Below are positions 15,530 to 19,901 of a stretch of DNA of 19,901 nt, piece by piece. Source of the DNA: Candidatus Nanohaloarchaea archaeon. Lineage in GTDB: Archaea > Nanohalarchaeota > Nanosalinia > Nanosalinales > Nanosalinaceae. A program made the position numbers and the translations under genes. The stretch spans positions 1 through 19,901 of the forward strand of contig JBLGBN010000017.1 in assembly GCA_047617745.1 (NCBI GenBank), in the 5' to 3' direction. Under the pieces are notes generated by a model, which was not told the DNA's origin, ran no database searches, and worked only from the letters and a program-made list of their open reading frames with translations. Within the stretch, counting starts at the first letter, position 1. Each line of letters begins with the position of its first letter.

Positions 15530-17056
15530 CTACCTTGAGAACATGTTCTCCAGCTTTAGCTCAAGTTTCTCGGTTATCGTGTTTCCAAACTCGTCTGCTT
15601 CCTCGGCGACTTCTCCTTTCGCCTTATCTTCCTCGGTGACAGTCTGCTTCCACGTACCTCTCTGGTACCAGAGGTAAGCGATTAGAGCGCCCGCAACATT
15701 GGAGATGAAGAACGCCGCCCAGACGCCTCTCGTCCCGATATTTATCGCTCCCCAGTAGGCTATTGGGAGTCTGATTACTCCGAGAGTTGTAATAGAAATT
15801 ATCGCAGCGGTAACTGTTTTACCGGCGCCTCTGAAACTGCCGTTATAGGCTCTCAGTATACCCATAAAGCCGAAGCTGAATGCCACAAATCTCAGGAATT
15901 CAGCGCCTGTGCTTGCGATCAACTCGCTGTTTTGCTGTGCATTATCTATGAACACCGACGCAATTGAATCGGCGAATACAAAGGTCAAAATACCTAAAAC
16001 CGTTAAGATCAGGAAGGTGTACTTGGCCCCTGTTTTTGCGGTTTCGCCCGCCCTTTCAAAGTTTCCGGCTCCAAGGTTCTGACCTGTCATAGACTCTACT
16101 CCTCTCCCAACTGCTGAGGCAGGGAGGAATATCATGGAGAAGATACGGATACCTATCCCGAAACCGGCGACAATCGGGTTGGCAAAGGTCCATCCAACGA
16201 CCGCGGTCAACGCATTTACCGAGATCGATCTACCTGCACCTTCCACCGTCGCTGGTATTCCTATGTGAAGTATTTTCTTGAAGAATGAAAGATCCGGTTT
16301 CATACTGTACAGTGAGATTTCCAGACCTTTTGTGCCGCTGAAAAGCAACCATATACCGATGGAGAGCGAGAGAATCCTGGAGAGGATAGTGGCGATTGCT
16401 GCTCCCTGAACCCCCATTTCCGGGATGAACCAGAAACCGAAGATGAACAGAGGGTCTATTATGATATTCAGTATAACCGTTACAAACATCAGAATCATTG
16501 GAGTGACTGTGTCACCGAAGCCGCGCATAAGAGACTGGAAAACCAGGAAACCGAACATAGAGAATAAACCAATTGATATTATCTGCAGGTATGCTTCAGC
16601 GGAAGCCGCAACATTTCCAGTTGCCCCAAGAAGGCCGACAACGTCGCCAATAACAAAGTAACCGAAAACCCCGATTAAAGCCGATACAACGGCGCTGAAA
16701 CCCATAGTCTGGGAAGCCGCATAGTCCCGCATCTTGCTCTTCCCGGAACCCTCATACTGAGCCACAAGAACAGAACCTGCGACCGCCAACCCCATTCCCA
16801 GCGAGATCAGGAAGAAAACCAGTGGGAACGCAAAAGTAATAGCTGCCAGAGCCTCCCCCCTGTACTGGCCAAGCCAGAACGTATCAGCAAGATTATATGC
16901 GGTATGCAATAGATTAATTACAATTACAGGCAGGGAAAGATAGAACAGATTCTCACCTACCGGTCCATTCAAAAGGTCAAGTTCCTCCCTCGACTTGAAC
17001 TGGCTCTCAACCAGGTCTCTAAAGCCTGACAGCCTCTGGAGGAAACCTTCAAGCAC
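15530..17056 (-). CDS. MATE family efflux transporter
   Basis: YNLADTFWLG, RGFGDTVTPM, NIIIDPLFIFG, MGVQGAAIAT, GQNLGAG, RGAGKT; about 12 TM segments. Confidence 0.93.
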   Translation of the reverse strand: MLEGFLQRLSGFRDLVESQFKSREELDLLNGPVGENLFYLSLPVIVINLLHTAYNLADTFWLGQYRGEALAAITFAFPLVFFLISLGMGLAVAGSVLVAQYEGSGKSKMRDYAASQTMGFSAVVSALIGVFGYFVIGDVVGLLGATGNVAASAEAYLQIISIGLFSMFGFLVFQSLMRGFGDTVTPMILMFVTVILNIIIDPLFIFGFWFIPEMGVQGAAIATILSRILSLSIGIWLLFSGTKGLEISLYSMKPDLSFFKKILHIGIPATVEGAGRSISVNALTAVVGWTFANPIVAGFGIGIRIFSMIFLPASAVGRGVESMTGQNLGAGNFERAGETAKTGAKYTFLILTVLGILTFVFADSIASVFIDNAQQNSELIASTGAEFLRFVAFSFGFMGILRAYNGSFRGAGKTVTAAIISITTLGVIRLPIAYWGAINIGTRGVWAAFFISNVAGALIAYLWYQRGTWKQTVTEEDKAKGEVAEEADEFGNTITEKLELKLENMFSR

Positions 17057-17071
17057 TGCTAAAGACCCTAT

Positions 17072-18166
17072 TTACTGTTTCTGATCCAGTTTTCTCTGGA
17101 CTTCCTGCCTGATTTTATCTTTTACTCTCGGAACTTTAATCTGTTCCATGACCGGTTCGAAGAAACCTTTGACGACCAGTCTCTCAGCTTTTTCCTCGCC
17201 AAGACCTCTCGATTCAAGGTAGTGCTGTTTGTCTTTCTCTACTGTTCCGGCTGCAGCTGCGTGCGAAGCCTCTACCTCAGGGTTTTCAATCATTAGTTTT
17301 GGTGAGGCATCGGATTCGGCGTCATCGGAGAGCATAAGTGTCTCCTGATCCTGGAAACTGGAAGTGTCCACAGCTGATCTCTCTACCTTCTGAAGCCCCT
17401 CGTAGAGACTTCTGGCTTTGTGATCAACAACGCTCCTAGAGTCCATATCGCATTTCGTGTTATTTCCAATGTGCCTTGCGTGAAGAGAGATGTCGTGGTG
17501 CTGTTCTCCTGTTGGGTACCAGACCCCTGTCATCTCTGTTTCAGAGTTATCTCCTTTCAACACAGTTTCGATCTTCGTACGGTTCAGCTCACCGGAAAAC
17601 ATTCCGTTCAGCCAGTTGATCGAACCATATTTCTCTGTAATCGCTTTCCTGCGGGAGTAAGAGAAACCTTCCGGGTTCTCTACTGAACCATACTCGACGG
17701 AAGCATTCTCTCCGACATAGATTTCGGTGAAAGATGTGTTGAAATTCTTGCTTGATGTTTCCTCGGTAACTGTTACGTCTGCACTATCTTCTGCCTCTAC
17801 GATTAAATGACTGAGAACAGGACTTTCCTCACTGTATTCTATATGGAGTTCAGATTTACCTGACATTTCAGCGTAGATTATAGAATTGAGGTTGGCCGCG
17901 TGGATCGCGTTGAGCTTGTTCTCATCCGGTTTAATCAGATCAAAAGCCTTACTACCTGCCTTCTCAAGCGCTTTTTCACCGGTATAAATTTCGACATCCC
18001 CGCCGGTCTCAATTACTGGTTCAATTCTTTCTTCCGCGTCTTCAACCTTCTCTTCTAGATCTTTGGGGTAACGTGTCCAAGTCCTTCCCGGAGTTCTGAT
18101 AGATTCCGGCATTTCTAGCTCAGAAATATTTCCGATAGAGTCTCTCAAAGTTTTCTTCGATAACAT
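17072..18166 (-). CDS. sufD: Fe-S cluster assembly protein SufD-like
   Basis: SufBD beta-helix motifs LKGDNSE, SRSVV..KARSLYEGL, LMLSDDA, ASHAAAAG, YLESRGL, LVVKGFF; GGAGGT SD. Confidence 0.88.
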   Translation of the reverse strand: MLSKKTLRDSIGNISELEMPESIRTPGRTWTRYPKDLEEKVEDAEERIEPVIETGGDVEIYTGEKALEKAGSKAFDLIKPDENKLNAIHAANLNSIIYAEMSGKSELHIEYSEESPVLSHLIVEAEDSADVTVTEETSSKNFNTSFTEIYVGENASVEYGSVENPEGFSYSRRKAITEKYGSINWLNGMFSGELNRTKIETVLKGDNSETEMTGVWYPTGEQHHDISLHARHIGNNTKCDMDSRSVVDHKARSLYEGLQKVERSAVDTSSFQDQETLMLSDDAESDASPKLMIENPEVEASHAAAAGTVEKDKQHYLESRGLGEEKAERLVVKGFFEPVMEQIKVPRVKDKIRQEVQRKLDQKQ

Positions 18167-18210
18167 AGAATAAACCTCCGAGACGAAATCTAAAAAGACT
18201 ATCTAATAAA

Positions 18211-18248
18211 AGAAAAGATTTATAAATGTCACTATGTTTTAGTAACAT
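18211..18248 (+). promoter_or_regulatory. BRE/TATA (AGAAAAG-ATTTATAAAT) with downstream inverted repeat ATGTCACTA-N5-TAGTAACAT
   Basis: TATA ends 25 nt before the ATG at 18251; 8/9 inverted repeat at 18226-18248. Confidence 0.6.
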
Positions 18249-18250
18249 AT

Positions 18251-19456
18251 ATGGTAGATTTCAACGAACTTTCGGAAGATGTTGAAGAAAAAATTGAAAA
18301 CCAAAACGAAAGGCGGGAGACTGCTCTAGAGTTTGGCGCAATGATGACCAGAAATAATCCTTCTGGCATAGAAAGGAGTTTAGAGGAAGGCTATCCTGTT
18401 AATGTCGACATCAGTCTACGGGACAGAGAAGAGTTAATTGAATTTGTTGAGGAAAATTCCATAGATGAAGAAGTAGCCTCGGATATAGCCAACAAAGTCT
18501 ACGAAAACAAAGAGGAATTTGACTCGGGTAAAACTCCCAAAGACCATGCAATAGGTGCGATTCTCGGAGACCTTATAGGAGATAATGAACTTAAAAGAGA
18601 AGCAGGTGAAGAAATGTTCGAATCATACTCCGGACCAGATCCAAACGTTCTAGAAACAGTTGCAGAACACAATTTGTCAGAAGCCTTCGAGGCGCGAAAT
18701 AATTCAGCAGACCTGGATCCGGTCGCAGGTTTCGCTCACCGAAAAATCGCTGAAAAGCTGTCAAGAGGTACAGTAGGCTCAACAGCAGATGCTCTGAAGA
18801 TGGCGACCAGCGTTGACCTAGAAGAGAGGCTGGGCAAGGACTTCGAAAAAGAGGTAGCTACTAGATACGCGACCACGCTCTTTGAGGAAAATGACGGCGG
18901 AATAAACTCAGGAAATAAAGCTGAAGCTCTAGAAAGGGGTCTGAGTACAACCGGTGCAGATGTGAATCCCGACGAGATTTATCAAGATCCTGAAGTTAAA
19001 GAAGCAGCTTCTCAGAGCGTTGAAGCTCATCTCTCACCAGACAGCTCTACCGGAGGAGCCAATCTGCTCTACGCAATGAGCGAAGCTGAGGCAGTTGGTA
19101 TAGAGGACGAATACTCTAAGGAATTTGCCGAATTAGCAAGCCAGGCTATGGAAGAAAAGATGGAAAGCGGAAGTTACGGGGGTGCAGCACAGGAACTAGC
19201 TAGAGCGACAGAATACCTGGAAAGCGAAGAAACGCTTGATCCTGCGGACTCTATGGCAGATATTGCCATACAGGCAGTCCAGGAAAAAGATGAAGAAGCG
19301 GTTTCAGATGTCTATGAAATCACAAAGATGGGGGTAGAAGCCGGCTTTGGAGAGGAATTTGTCAAGGACACATATGAGAGAGTGGCAGACACAGTAGGAG
19401 AAACAGACAATGAACTGGTTGAGGCTGTAGAAAGAGGTTATGAGCACGCCTCATAG
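18251..19456 (+). CDS. Hypothetical acidic, largely alpha-helical protein (401 aa)
   Basis: Long ORF, Glu/Ala-rich, own promoter and T-rich 3' tract; no recognised family motif. Confidence 0.85.
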   Translation: MVDFNELSEDVEEKIENQNERRETALEFGAMMTRNNPSGIERSLEEGYPVNVDISLRDREELIEFVEENSIDEEVASDIANKVYENKEEFDSGKTPKDHAIGAILGDLIGDNELKREAGEEMFESYSGPDPNVLETVAEHNLSEAFEARNNSADLDPVAGFAHRKIAEKLSRGTVGSTADALKMATSVDLEERLGKDFEKEVATRYATTLFEENDGGINSGNKAEALERGLSTTGADVNPDEIYQDPEVKEAASQSVEAHLSPDSSTGGANLLYAMSEAEAVGIEDEYSKEFAELASQAMEEKMESGSYGGAAQELARATEYLESEETLDPADSMADIAIQAVQEKDEEAVSDVYEITKMGVEAGFGEEFVKDTYERVADTVGETDNELVEAVERGYEHAS

Positions 19457-19458
19457 CT

Positions 19459-19478
19459 TATTTCTTCTTCCCTTTTTT
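19459..19478 (+). terminator. Pyrimidine/oligo-T tract, probable archaeal terminator
   Basis: TTATTTCTTCTTCCCTTTTT directly after the stop at 19456. Confidence 0.5.
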
Positions 19479-19482
19479 ACTA

Positions 19483-19901
19483 TCATCCCAGGCTTCCCTC
19501 CATTTCCAGTTCGATTAACCGGTTTAGCTCGACCGCGTATTCTAGAGGAAGTTCTTTTGCAATTGGCTCTATAAAGCCACGCACAATCATTTCCTTGGCT
19601 TCCTCTTCCTCGATCCCTCTTGACTGGAGGTAATGTATTTCCTCGTCGCCGATTCTGCCGACTGTCGCCTCGTGCGCCATCTCGACATCGTCTTCCTTGA
19701 TCTCGATATATGGCTCAGTGTCGCTTGTCGCTTCATCGGAAAACATGAGGGCATCGCATTCAATCGATGTCTTGGAGCCTGAGGAGCCTTTTGGAATTCT
19801 GACAAGCCCACGGTAGTTGGTTCGTCCTTCTCCCTGTGAGATTGACTTTGATTCGATTGTAGACTTTGTATTTGGTGCATTATGAACCACCTTTGCACCG
19901 G
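19483..19901 (-). CDS. sufB: Fe-S cluster assembly protein SufB, C-terminal part (5' end outside the window)
   Basis: GAKVVHNAPNTKSTIESKSIS, YRGLV, ECDAL, HEATVG, YLQSRG, ELPLEYAVELNRLIELEMEGSLG. Confidence 0.95.
   Translation of the reverse strand, partial: GAKVVHNAPNTKSTIESKSISQGEGRTNYRGLVRIPKGSSGSKTSIECDALMFSDEATSDTEPYIEIKEDDVEMAHEATVGRIGDEEIHYLQSRGIEEEEAKEMIVRGFIEPIAKELPLEYAVELNRLIELEMEGSLG

Noticed and set aside
19587..19898. 103-aa alternative-frame ORF
   Set aside because: Out-of-frame overlap with the clearly recognisable sufB

Overview
Archaeal genome window; the strongly acidic proteins, compact layout, Nop5/fibrillarin and mainly leaderless host genes suggest a halophilic DPANN host, probably Nanohaloarchaeota (inference). 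Left third (1-~6432): one end of a putative integrated plasmid/provirus abutting the 3' end of tRNA-Gly(TCC). It is a minus-strand chain of mostly overlapping small ORFs around a 1059-aa gene fusing a C4 Zn finger, a DnaG-type TOPRIM primase, an MCM-like helicase and winged helices. Several features at the head of this operon are absent from the ORF track: a 40-aa ribbon-helix-helix gene with phased operator-like repeats, a Shine-Dalgarno-led micro-ORF, and three hairpins that pair better on the antisense strand. One hairpin has a UUGG loop and a U-rich tail. The layout recalls repressor + antisense RNA + leader peptide copy-number control in bacterial plasmids, which is my best candidate for an undescribed system. 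The rest is host DNA: an ABC transporter operon, a Myb-like gene with nop5 and fibrillarin, two small Zn-finger genes, and a SUF Fe-S cluster (sufB, sufD, sufS, sufU, sufC) interrupted by an ORFan, a MATE transporter and a Nudix gene. All calls come from manual motif reading; no searches were run.
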